Assembly: GCA_963778555.1 (NCBI GenBank) | Contig: CAVZUR010000003.1 | Coordinates: 117,704-181,703, forward strand | Reading direction: 5' to 3' | Length of the DNA stretch: 64,000 nt | Origin: Candidatus Moraniibacteriota bacterium | GTDB taxonomy: Bacteria; Patescibacteriota; Minisyncoccia; Moranbacterales; UBA1568 | Shown: piece after piece, positions 1 to 10,039 of the stretch | Position numbering within the stretch: position 1 is the stretch's first letter | Layout of the letters: every line of letters begins with the position of its first letter | The notes under the pieces: generated by a model | Databases searched by the model: none | Told to the model about the DNA's origin: nothing | The model's input: the letters and a program-made list of their open reading frames with translations, nothing else | Program-made: the position numbers and the translations under genes

Positions 1-1236
<1,236 letters not shown>

Positions 1237-1391
1237 CCTGTCTCCTATGCCCGAAACGGCATCACTCGTCGTTATCACCAGAAACGCTCTCCAACTGGTC
1301 CGTAAAATCCGTCGGGGCTGGCGCTTCGTACTGCCTGCCGGCCTCCTCATCATTCTCGGATCGATTAACCCTATCGCTCTGCCTCCTTCGA

Positions 1392-2138
1392 TTGACCCGA
1401 GAAGCGCTCTTTTCCGGAGACTGGTTTTTCACTCCTGAGGGCCGACAGCTCTCTTTTCTCATCGGCCTCTCTTTCTGTCTATCTCTCGGTCAGGCGCTCG
1501 TCCGCGGGCCAATGCTGATCGCCCTCAATCAGACGGCTACAAGGGATGAAAAATCAAGTGATCCCTCCGCCCGCCCAGGCTGGATCCGCGCTGCTTTCCT
1601 CTCGCTTCTTTTCCAAATCGCTTTCTGGTGTTTACTCTGTATCCTTGGTCTCATACTCTTTCTCCCATCGTATACCGCGTGGATTATCAATCAGGAGAGT
1701 TTTCCTGTTCTCACCGAAATGGCGCTCATTCTGTTTCTCACGCTTGCCGTCTATCTATTTTTCATCAAGGAGCTGGCTTATTTCTTTGCTCTCTTCAGTA
1801 AAATCAGCCTCCCCACATCAATCGATCTCGGGGCGCGCTTGTTTCGCAAGTATTCCTTCGCCACCGTCCTCTTTATATTCTATGCCTCCCTCCTTGCCTT
1901 ACTTGTTATCGTTCTCATTGATTCTCTCCTCGCCCCTATCCGCTTGATTTTACCCGAGCCAATCCGTCAACAGGCTGTAAGTCTCGTCGGGGTTCTCCTT
2001 TTTGGCTACTATTCACTTTTTGATCAGTCCCTGAGACTTGTATTCTTCCGCTCTATCGCCGCACCTCCGAAACGTCGGGCGAGCAAGGAACCGCTGACGA
2101 AACCGGCAGAGAGTGCGCCCGGCATCACACCGGTTTAG
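1392..2138 (+). CDS. hypothetical polytopic membrane protein
   Basis: A 248-aa ORF with several hydrophobic helices. I recognise no family, and an overlapping alternative frame (1546..1947) looks spurious. Confidence 0.4.
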   Translation: MTREALFSGDWFFTPEGRQLSFLIGLSFCLSLGQALVRGPMLIALNQTATRDEKSSDPSARPGWIRAAFLSLLFQIAFWCLLCILGLILFLPSYTAWIINQESFPVLTEMALILFLTLAVYLFFIKELAYFFALFSKISLPTSIDLGARLFRKYSFATVLFIFYASLLALLVIVLIDSLLAPIRLILPEPIRQQAVSLVGVLLFGYYSLFDQSLRLVFFRSIAAPPKRRASKEPLTKPAESAPGITPV

Positions 2139-2227
2139 TTTGTTATTCTGCACGATTGTGCTACAGTATTTTCTGTGTTTCCAATTGCATCACGGTTAGC
2201 TCAAGCGTTTCAATCTGCAATTCATTT

Positions 2228-2304
2228 GGACAATTAGCTCAGTTGGTTAGAGCGTCACATTGACATTGTGAAGGTCACTGGTTCGAATCCAGTATTGTCC
2301 ACCA
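2228..2304 (+). tRNA. tRNA-Val(GAC), CCA encoded
   Basis: Folded by hand into a cloverleaf: acceptor GGACAAT/ATTGTCC, anticodon loop TTGACAT, T-loop TTCGAAT. Confidence 0.9.
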
Positions 2305-2404
2305 CGCGAGGGTATCTGAACTGTTTTCCGCTGTCACGTATCTTCATTTTGCCCGCCTGTACAGCTCTCCCCCAGTATTAAGCAAGAGGGGCTTTCGCAC
2401 GTAA

Positions 2405-2437
2405 CAAAAACCGGCCCTTCAGAGAGCCGATATTTTC
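2405..2437. terminator. GC hairpin (CGGCCCTTCAGAGAGCCG) flanked by A-run/T-run; likely bidirectional intrinsic terminator between tRNA-Val and the minus-strand secreted-protein gene
   Basis: There is a stem-loop with TTTTT on the minus strand and ATATTTT on the plus strand. Confidence 0.45.
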
Positions 2438-2467
2438 CATGCCCCAGATGGAATCGGGATGAATCCG

Positions 2468-3559
2468 TCAGCAACCATTTAATCCAGCCTCGCCCCGGCA
2501 GCCAGGTACGGGATTGAAATTCACCACCGACTGCTGAACACCGGTGTACTTCCCATTGTTCGCACCTCGTTGCTGGCTGACATTCCGTAGAAACTGTGCT
2601 CCTGGACCAAGTTCTTTCATCAGATTTCGCCGTTCGCCCTGCAATTTCTTATCAACATTTCCGAGTTCGCGCGAAACGACTTTTGCGACCTCTTCAAAGC
2701 CGCGTTGATAAATATTATTGAGAGCTTGATTCGCAAAAGCCCCAGCAGCCGCCGCTAACAGCTCGCCCCATTTCTGCGATCCGGTTATCATTTGAAACGG
2801 AAGATTTTGTGCTGCTCCCGTAACATCAGCGATGATTGACCCGGGCGAGATGATTTTTCCGTTGACCTCCACCCCAGTGAATCCCTTGCCCGCAATGGCC
2901 CGCGTTTTGGCTAGCTCTTGATTTGCCGCGCGTTGCCGTTGGGCGGCATCTTTCATGTACTGACTCATACCGAGTGGATTATTGCAGTTGGAACCGATCG
3001 TAGCATTCATCACCCGCCAGTCGCCATTCCCGAGTGAGCGCACGACATCCGTCGAGTATTGGTCCAGATTGTACTGGCAATTATCCCGTGCGAAAGCAGC
3101 GTTGACTTCCAAATTAAGATAATTCAAATAGTTCATCCCGAGGCGTTGAACGCTGCCACCAGCGATGATATAGTTGAGGGCTGAATTTTTGCCGCCTGTC
3201 GCAGTCGTCAGGAGATCATTCACATAGATAAGCGACTCATCCAACGCGGCACCGTAGATATAGGCTTTGTAATCTGTGATAAAAGCAGGTTTTTTGGTCG
3301 ATCCACCAGCGACAAGTCTGTTCGCCGCATCTCGCGCGAGGGTAACTGCGACTCTCTTCGCGATACCAAAAAGTACTGCCTGAATTTGCTCCCAGATAAC
3401 TTCCAAAACCTGCTTCAATAACCCGGAAGCGATACTCTCACCCCAGACTCCGGCACGGGCCGGAAGCGGAGCCGCGGTTGTAAAAATCACAGCTCCGATA
3501 AGCACCGAGGCGATGTATTTTTGGATTCTATTTTTTTTCTGTGTTTGAATCGGTCGCAT
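2468..3559 (-). CDS. secreted hypothetical protein (N-terminal signal peptide)
   Basis: A 363-aa ORF. Its N-terminus MRPIQTQKKNRIQKYIASVLIGAVIFTTAAPLPARA looks like a signal peptide. The protein is rich in Gly/Asn/Ala and has no recognisable catalytic motif. Confidence 0.55.
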   Translation of the reverse strand: MRPIQTQKKNRIQKYIASVLIGAVIFTTAAPLPARAGVWGESIASGLLKQVLEVIWEQIQAVLFGIAKRVAVTLARDAANRLVAGGSTKKPAFITDYKAYIYGAALDESLIYVNDLLTTATGGKNSALNYIIAGGSVQRLGMNYLNYLNLEVNAAFARDNCQYNLDQYSTDVVRSLGNGDWRVMNATIGSNCNNPLGMSQYMKDAAQRQRAANQELAKTRAIAGKGFTGVEVNGKIISPGSIIADVTGAAQNLPFQMITGSQKWGELLAAAAGAFANQALNNIYQRGFEEVAKVVSRELGNVDKKLQGERRNLMKELGPGAQFLRNVSQQRGANNGKYTGVQQSVVNFNPVPGCRGEAGLNGC

Positions 3560-3568
3560 ATGCCAACA

Positions 3569-4606
3569 TCAGATGTCCAATGGTATATTGGTAATCCCAA
3601 AGGCAGTAAGCTGAGATTGCATTTCTTCCATAAAGGTTCCCAGCGACATCAGAAAACCTTGAACTTTCGAAAACATATACATTTGGCCAAGTGGATCACT
3701 CGTAGATACCGAAGCCTTGACCGTATCTTTCAGATTCGAAGCAAAGGTCAACATCTTGATTGTCTTCACATGTGTCGCCAGCATACTCTCTGGCACCTCG
3801 ACTTGATTCACCTCATCCAGCGCATTTTGTGCGCGCTCTTCGATTTTATCAAGATAAGAATAATTTCCCGAAAGTAATCCGAGTACCATCTGATTGCCGG
3901 CGTCAAGCGCGAAGTTCTTCAGTCCCGCTGTATCACGTATCTGGACTGGCGCGTTCGATATGAGGATATAGCTCGTGAGGGTCAGATACTCGACTACATC
4001 CTGACGATTCTGCTCCTCCTTCTCATCATCTGACAATTTTGTCGAAAGCGGTTTAATTTCAATGTCCGAAATATCCACGTCCGGCAGCACGATCTCTTCT
4101 TGACTCGCCGCCATGACATTTGCCATCACGGTACTCAGATCTTCGCTGGTGATTTCCGAACTTCCCACACTTTCAGAATCAGATCCCCCTTCAGCATTTT
4201 TGGACTTCTCGGTCACGAGCGCCGCTAATTCCTCAGAAGCTTTCGCTGTCAAATTTACTGTTCCAACTGCAGAGTCTGATTCAGCTACATCAAGAGACTC
4301 TTCTGACACTACTCTGTCACCGGGTGCCGGCTTCAGCGGGTCAAAGCCGCCCTCGATTTCAACACCATCACTGTAGCTGTCTCCATCCGTATCCGCGACC
4401 TCCGGATCCGTCCCATAGACTTTTTCCTCATCACTCGAGAGACCATCCTTGTCAGCATCATCAAAAACTGTTGTTTCTATTGTGGACGATTCATCCGCGG
4501 CAACAAACAAAGCCGTACTGAATAAACAAAGAAATCCAAACACGAACACGCTCCAACGCAAATTGTTTTTTGTTTGCGATACTCCCATATGAGTAGAGTA
4601 TATCAC
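3569..4606 (-). CDS. secreted acidic protein with thrombospondin-type-3-like Ca-binding Asp repeats
   Basis: It has a signal peptide, then DADKDGLSSDEEKVYGTDPEVADTDGDSYSDGVEIEGGFDP (DxDxDG repeats). The rest is very acidic. Confidence 0.55.
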   Translation of the reverse strand: MIYSTHMGVSQTKNNLRWSVFVFGFLCLFSTALFVAADESSTIETTVFDDADKDGLSSDEEKVYGTDPEVADTDGDSYSDGVEIEGGFDPLKPAPGDRVVSEESLDVAESDSAVGTVNLTAKASEELAALVTEKSKNAEGGSDSESVGSSEITSEDLSTVMANVMAASQEEIVLPDVDISDIEIKPLSTKLSDDEKEEQNRQDVVEYLTLTSYILISNAPVQIRDTAGLKNFALDAGNQMVLGLLSGNYSYLDKIEERAQNALDEVNQVEVPESMLATHVKTIKMLTFASNLKDTVKASVSTSDPLGQMYMFSKVQGFLMSLGTFMEEMQSQLTAFGITNIPLDI

Positions 4607-4871
4607 AACAAGATTATTGCAATACCGCGTATTTCATTTGCACAACAGATTTTCCTCTTGATGTTACTACACGAATATTTTTCGGGCCAACTGATCTAAT
4701 CTAAGCTGATACTCTGGACTGAAATTAGCATTCAGTGAGTCATCAAAAAATTCATTCCACACCGTACAGCACAAGCAGTCCAGTGTTAGTAACTTTATCG
4801 CTCGTATAATCTACAATCATCTATATGTATCTCGAGTGATGCATGATTATGCAATCTAATATATTATGTCA

Positions 4872-6164
4872 TCATAATGTCATCTTGTCAATCCTTATAG
4901 TAACTAGTGTAATTCCAAGCGCCAAGATAAATTGTCCTTGATATATATCCCATGGATAGTGATCAGTTACGATTATATACACAAGAAATATACTTAGTAG
5001 ATAATGCTGTCTCAATGTTTCACGTGGAACGCTTCTGAAAAATCTATAGATAAATATTGAAAAAACTATGAGTCCAACTATCCCCAACTCGACTAGGACT
5101 ATATATGGCACAAAATGAATTGGTTCATAATTCCACCAATTCAAATAATCTGTATTAGTGTAGTAACTTAGCCTATAGGATCCAATTCCTGAGCCAAGTT
5201 TAGTGATTTTTGTACTACTGAGTTGCTCAGAGAACTGAGTGAGTCTAGTTCTATATGACTGCACAGAGTCTCTTATAAGTAGTGTTTGAAAAACTAGCAC
5301 TAGTAAAAATAGAACTACAATCAGGACTCTATGTTTCACGTGGAACAATATATTCCAATTAGATCTTGCATAAAAATACGTCACTAGTAGACCGAAATAT
5401 GCGAAAATTGCTAGTTTTGACTGCGCTACCAGAATTGTAAGAAATGAAATGACTGACACTACTATTAAAATTCTTTGTTTCACGTGGAACAAACTCCCAA
5501 ACTCCAATAAATACACAAAAACTAGCAAGGCGTAGGCACTAAGTACATTTGGATGTGGAAATGTTCCATATCCACGTAATAGAGTGAAGCTAAAAATATT
5601 CGATTTTGCAATATTCTGGGCGGCAGTTCCCAAATTTGACTCATTTAAATAATTGAGTCCAATTGATTCAAAATTTATAACCTGAAGGCAGGATATGATC
5701 AGTTGAATAAATAGACTTAAAGACAAGATAACAGCGACTTCCTTTATGACTATTGTTCCACGTGAAACAACCAGATCAATGAACATTAATCCAAAAGAAA
5801 AAAGAAACATTAAATGAAAAATAGCTGCAATGCTCAAAATGGCATCAATAGATAAATATATCCCAATGAGTAAATATAGTACTCCAATATATAATATAAA
5901 ATGTTCCACGTGGAACTTCCAACGAGCTACGTTACTACATATTGACTTTATATCGAATTCATTGCTTTGTATTTTGATGAGTAAGGCTAGAAGAAGCAAA
6001 ATCTCACCAAAATATAGTGAGATGTCCATGTATTCATTGAATCCACCTGTGGATTGAGCACTACTAGGTATAAATATATAGCGCCAGGAAAAGGGTATTT
6101 GCCAAATATAGACATAAATCAAAATGTGATAAAACCTATTAAATGGTAAATTTATGGCTTGCAT
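4872..6164 (-). CDS. AT-rich polytopic membrane protein, Wzy/O-antigen-polymerase-like (low-GC, atypical composition)
   Basis: A 1293-bp ORF sits in roughly 33 percent GC DNA, which is unlikely by chance. It has at least 10 predicted TM helices. Wzy genes are typically AT-rich and horizontally acquired. Confidence 0.5.
   Translation of the reverse strand: MQAINLPFNRFYHILIYVYIWQIPFSWRYIFIPSSAQSTGGFNEYMDISLYFGEILLLLALLIKIQSNEFDIKSICSNVARWKFHVEHFILYIGVLYLLIGIYLSIDAILSIAAIFHLMFLFSFGLMFIDLVVSRGTIVIKEVAVILSLSLFIQLIISCLQVINFESIGLNYLNESNLGTAAQNIAKSNIFSFTLLRGYGTFPHPNVLSAYALLVFVYLLEFGSLFHVKQRILIVVSVISFLTILVAQSKLAIFAYFGLLVTYFYARSNWNILFHVKHRVLIVVLFLLVLVFQTLLIRDSVQSYRTRLTQFSEQLSSTKITKLGSGIGSYRLSYYTNTDYLNWWNYEPIHFVPYIVLVELGIVGLIVFSIFIYRFFRSVPRETLRQHYLLSIFLVYIIVTDHYPWDIYQGQFILALGITLVTIRIDKMTL
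5017..5916. repeat. five dispersed copies of a 14-bp (near-)palindrome GTTYCACGTGRAAC (extended TGTTTCACGTGGAACAA) inside the wzy-like ORF
   Basis: Copies lie at 5017-5030, 5333-5346, 5477-5490, 5755-5768 (opposite orientation) and 5903-5916 (perfect palindrome). They fall in different reading frames of the ORF and encode FHVKH, FHVKQ, FHVEH, VSRGT and VPRET. Confidence 0.85.
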
Positions 6165-6352
6165 AAGGGTTCTCTAGTATACCGTAGGTGAGAAAAAAAT
6201 CTAGTCTTACATTGACGAAACAATATATATAGATATGATTGTAAGATACCACCTTAGACTCTTAAGGGGCTTGAGGTTAGGAAGTTAATAGTAGGTATGT
6301 TCCTGTGATCGTAGTATTGAACTCGAAGTTCACGTAGACCGCACATTTTTTT

Positions 6353-6425
6353 GGGCCATTAGCTCATTTGGTAGAGCACTTCCATGGCATGGAAGGGGTG
6401 ACCGGTTCGAATCCGGTATGGTCCA
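6353..6425 (+). tRNA. tRNA-Ala(GGC)
   Basis: Hand-folded cloverleaf with a G3:U70 identity pair and anticodon loop ATGGCAT. No CCA is encoded. Confidence 0.85.
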
Positions 6426-6539
6426 CTTATACAAGCTGAGGGATATATTCATGATGACTTATCCTCAAGTTATCCACAGCTTTGCTGAAACACATACTTG
6501 GCTTGCCAGAGCGATGGTTTTCCTTTACAGTGACCACTC

Positions 6540-6611
6540 GCCCCTGTAGCTCAATGGATAGAGCTATCCCGTCCTAAGGGAGAGATCTAGGTTCGATTCC
6601 TGGTAGGGGCA
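6540..6611 (+). tRNA. tRNA-Arg(CCT)
   Basis: Hand-folded cloverleaf: acceptor GCCCCTG/TAGGGGC, anticodon loop GTCCTAA, discriminator A. Confidence 0.8.
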
Positions 6612-6615
6612 CACT

Positions 6616-6981
6616 ATGCATGACAGAATCACGCAATTGAATGATCTGATCCGGGACACGCTCTCCGATCTTATAGTTCGCGAATTGTCACTGAAGCACG
6701 GGGTCATCCTGACGGTGACACGTGTTTCAACTGCACGGAATTTGCGCTCCACTCATGCTTCAGTCAGTGTTTTTCCTGAAGGTGAACGCGACTATGCGAT
6801 GAAGACACTTGTCCATGAATGTCGTCAGCTGCAAAAGTTTCTTCACCGCAGACTTTCGACCCGCCCTTTGCCGAAACTCTTCTTTGAGTTAGACACGACA
6901 GAGGAGCATGCCGATGTCGTCGAACATCTTCTCCGGGATATACGTGAGTCTGACACTCATGATGCATCAAAGGAGCCTTAG
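6616..6981 (+). CDS. rbfA: ribosome-binding factor A
   Basis: The 121-aa protein matches the RbfA pattern (R..RV...I..ELS..L...KD..L..VTVT.V.VS.DL..A.V.VS...) and ends in an acidic tail. Confidence 0.8.
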   Translation: MHDRITQLNDLIRDTLSDLIVRELSLKHGVILTVTRVSTARNLRSTHASVSVFPEGERDYAMKTLVHECRQLQKFLHRRLSTRPLPKLFFELDTTEEHADVVEHLLRDIRESDTHDASKEP

Positions 6982-6982
6982 T

Positions 6983-7945
6983 ATGAGATTTTTCGGCAAA
7001 GAATTTAAGACGTTGCATTTTGTCATTGACAGGGCAGCATCTGTTCTGCTCGTTGCACACAAGCGTCCGGACCCGGATACCGTCGGCGCGAATTTCGCAT
7101 TGAAATATTATTTAAGGATCTGGGAAAAACAGTAACAATCGCCTGCTACGATCCATTTCCCGAGATGTTGGCGAGTCTCTTTCCACATGAAACATTCTAT
7201 CATCCCGATCAACTGGATCTTACAGTCATTCGATGCAGTCATTGCTGCTGATTCAGTCGATAGGGGCTTTCATTTGTTCGCGGATCGTTTCGATGAACGG
7301 CAGGTCGTGGCGCTCATCGATCATCACCCCGATATCTCGCTTTCAGCCGATATTATCATGATTGATCCGCACTATTCTTCCTCGAGTGAGTTGGTGTATC
7401 TCTATTTCCAGCAGACTCAGGCGCATATCAACAGAGACATCGCGACGGCGCTACTCACAGGCATCCTCTTCGATACCGGTAATTTTCAGCACTCGTCCGT
7501 TTCGCCACAGGTGATGGATATCGCATCGCAACTGATGAAGCTCGGCGCGCCCCTCACAAAGATCTCGAGTACCATTTTCACGAACAAGAACATCTCGGCC
7601 ATGAAGCTCTGGGGCAAGGCTTTTGAAAAAGCGAAGTTTCTCCCGCAGTCAGGACTCCTTGTCACTGCCGTCACGCGCTACGACATCGACGAATGCGAAG
7701 CAACATCGGACGATATTTACCAGGTCGCCTCCATCCTCTCGACCGTGCCTGAGGCGCGGTTTGCGCTCGTTTTATCGGAGCGCGATGAAGAGACGGTGCG
7801 GGGAAGTTTGCGCGCATCCGAACATCATGGCGTTGATGTTTCGGCTATCGCGCATCGGTTTGGCGGCGGCGGACATAAACTCGCGAGTGGTTTCGAAGTG
7901 AAAGGAAAGATCGTTGAGACTGCTGAGGGCTGGCATGTGATGTAA
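6983..7945 (+). pseudogene. DHH/DHHA1 phosphoesterase (NrnA-like oligoribonuclease/pAp phosphatase) interrupted by two apparent frameshifts (~7115 in TATTATTTAAGG; ~7190)
   Basis: The N-terminal motif HKRPDPDTVGANFAL is in one frame, LGKTVTIACYDPFPEML is in a second, and DAVIAADSVDR...LIDHHPD...DTGNF...GGGGHKLASG is in a third. This may be a sequencing indel rather than true decay. Confidence 0.55.
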
Positions 7946-7958
7946 TCATCTCAAGAGC

Positions 7959-8550
7959 ATGCAAAATAAAACGGATCAACTGAAGATTTTGAACGCCCGC
8001 ATGGCAATCGAATGCCCCTGTACGCTGCGCGAGACGGCGACGCAGGCCGTGCCGGGGGACGGAAGCGCTTTCGCCGAGATCATGTTTGTAGGTGAAGCTC
8101 CGGGGAAAAACGAGGATATCCAGGGGGATACCCTTTGTCGGTGCTGCAGGAAAGTTTCTCGCTGAGATGCTTGGCACGATCAACCTGAAACGTGCGGATA
8201 TTTATATCACGAATGTCGTGAAGTACCGCCCACCGAACAATCGCGATCCCAGTCCTGATGAGATCGAAGCCTGCATGCCCTGGCTCCATGAACAGATCGG
8301 GATTATCGAACCCAAGATCATCGTCACCCTCGGTCGCCATGCGCTGGAGCATTTTATTCCAAACAAGAAAATCTCCGAAGTCCACGGCCAGGCCTTCCGC
8401 CGGACCTTCGACGATATCGGGCCGCAGGTGTTTTTTGCGCTCTATCATCCGGCCGCAGCACTCTACAACGGCGGCATGCGTCGAACGCTCATCGAGGATT
8501 TCAAAAGGATTCCGAAAGTAGTGGAGAAGATCAAAACCGGGAAAACATAA
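7959..8550 (+). CDS. uracil-DNA glycosylase, family 4 (UDG superfamily); single-base frameshift in a G5 run near 8135 (GEAPGKNEDIQG | IPFVGAAGKFL)
   Basis: CxxC, the GEAPG motif and the continuation PFVGAAGK...HPAAALY are split across two frames. Removing one G from CAGGGGGAT restores the frame, so a homopolymer sequencing error is likely. Confidence 0.6.
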
Positions 8551-8580
8551 GGTCCCGATCACGCGGGTTTTTACTCGCAC

Positions 8581-9687
8581 CTATTCTTTTCGATTCAACG
8601 TAAAGAAGACGACTTCCTGCGCCGTACCAAAGCGCTGCGGCGGGCCCCAACTGCCGGCCCCGCTCGTCGTATAAACAAGGCTGTCGCCATATGGTTGCAG
8701 TCCGAAATCAAAGCCCTTGTAGACTATCCCCGTCACGAGATTGAAGGGCCACATCTGTCCTTTGTGTGTATGACCATGCAGGGTGAGATCCGCCCCGCCA
8801 GCGACAAGCTGCCCGATGTTGCGCGGCACATGCTTGAGCGCAATAGTCGGAAGACTCTGGTCAACCATGAGGTGGAGCATGATCATCTCTGTCGCCTCAG
8901 GCGTACGCGTTGTGACGAAATCGAGTCCAACTATCTGCAATCCGTCGACAACCTCACGCCGATCATTGATAACGCGGAAACCGGCCGCCTGGAGTGAGCG
9001 GAGAAAACCGATAGTGTCTCCGTATTCCTCATGATTGCCAGAAACAAAATAGGTTGGGACGCGCGAGGCAATTGACTTGAAAGGAGCCGTCACAAGATCC
9101 GCCTCGACTGGCGGCCCATCAAAAAAATCTCCGCCCATCAGAATCAAAGCCGGGTTCTCAGCTTCGAGGAGCTTCACGATGTCCTCGGCCGTCCGTTCAC
9201 GGTGGACATTGCCAAAATGAGAGTCGGCGAAAAAAGCGATTTTCTTTCCCACCCACTGAGGAGGGAGGTAAGGGAGTGCCACGGTATGGTGCTTGGGAAA
9301 GATCTGAAAACCATTCCAAAGCGCGAACCCATTAAAAGCCATCGCACCCATGAAAAAAAGAAACGCAACCCATGGAGAAAGCAGGCCACCTGACGTCTCG
9401 GTGAGCAGCGAAGCAAGGGAAATAGCGACTGCTGCGAGAAAAAGAAAATGTATCGTACCGAGCCACATGGCTGCATAGGAGTAGAGCGTCCGAGCGACAA
9501 TACCAGGTGCGAAACGTGTCAGGAGATTGGAAGTGAGGAACGAAAAGGATAAGACCATTAGCAACACGAAAAAGATTATCCGTGAATGCCCGATGAGCGG
9601 CCAATAACTATCAAGGGTACGCCAGACCACCCAATGAACGAAAGTGATGAGCGACTGAACAACAACAAGAAAAGCGGCGATACCCAT
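8581..9687 (-). CDS. membrane-anchored metallophosphoesterase (calcineurin-like, YkuE-like)
   Basis: N-terminal TM helices are followed by the motifs GDFFDG, GNHEEYGD and HGHTHKGQ. Confidence 0.75.
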   Translation of the reverse strand: MGIAAFLVVVQSLITFVHWVVWRTLDSYWPLIGHSRIIFFVLLMVLSFSFLTSNLLTRFAPGIVARTLYSYAAMWLGTIHFLFLAAVAISLASLLTETSGGLLSPWVAFLFFMGAMAFNGFALWNGFQIFPKHHTVALPYLPPQWVGKKIAFFADSHFGNVHRERTAEDIVKLLEAENPALILMGGDFFDGPPVEADLVTAPFKSIASRVPTYFVSGNHEEYGDTIGFLRSLQAAGFRVINDRREVVDGLQIVGLDFVTTRTPEATEMIMLHLMVDQSLPTIALKHVPRNIGQLVAGGADLTLHGHTHKGQMWPFNLVTGIVYKGFDFGLQPYGDSLVYTTSGAGSWGPPQRFGTAQEVVFFTLNRKE

Positions 9688-9742
9688 ATGTTTTTGTCTG
9701 TGTGTATTGTAGCAAACCAGGCCTACGAACTCGGTATCGTTG

Positions 9743-9824
9743 TGGGCGGGGAGGGACTTGAACCCTCATGCCTATTGGGCACAACATTTTAAGTGTCGCG
9801 TGTATACCATTCCACCACCCGCCC
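9743..9824 (-). tRNA. tRNA-Leu(TAA), class II with long variable arm
   Basis: Folding the reverse complement gives acceptor GGGCGGG/CCCGCCC, a 3-bp D stem, anticodon loop CTTAAAA and T-arm GAGGG-TTCAAGT-CCCTC. Confidence 0.85.
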
Positions 9825-9834
9825 ATGTTGTAAA

Positions 9835-9854
9835 GTGTATACCATTCCACCACC
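9835..9854 (-). repeat. 20-nt exact duplicate of the tRNA-Leu(TAA) 5' acceptor/D-arm (GTGTATACCATTCCACCACC), also present at 9800-9819
   Basis: A direct repeat that I found by reading the sequence. Confidence 0.8.
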
Positions 9855-9888
9855 TTGCCTACCGGCTGGCTGGCGCGGCACGTATGTG

Positions 9889-9959
9889 AGGCCAGAAGGA
9901 GAGTCGAACTCCTGTACGAGGTTTTGCAGACCTCTTCCTAACCGCTCGGACATCTGGCC
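9889..9959 (-). tRNA. tRNA-Cys(GCA)
   Basis: The reverse complement folds with acceptor GGCCAGA/TCTGGCC, anticodon loop CTGCAAA and discriminator U73, which is typical of Cys. Confidence 0.8.
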
Positions 9960-10039
9960 AGACGAAACATTGGCAGCCTAGCAAGGGCCCAACCGGGCGT
10001 CAACAATATAGCACAGGGGGCCGTACGACCCCCTGTGCA

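Noticed and set aside
1546-1947. 133-aa ORF in an alternative frame inside 1392..2138
   Set aside because: Its Ser/Leu/Pro-rich low-complexity translation contrasts with the overlapping frame, which gives a coherent membrane protein.
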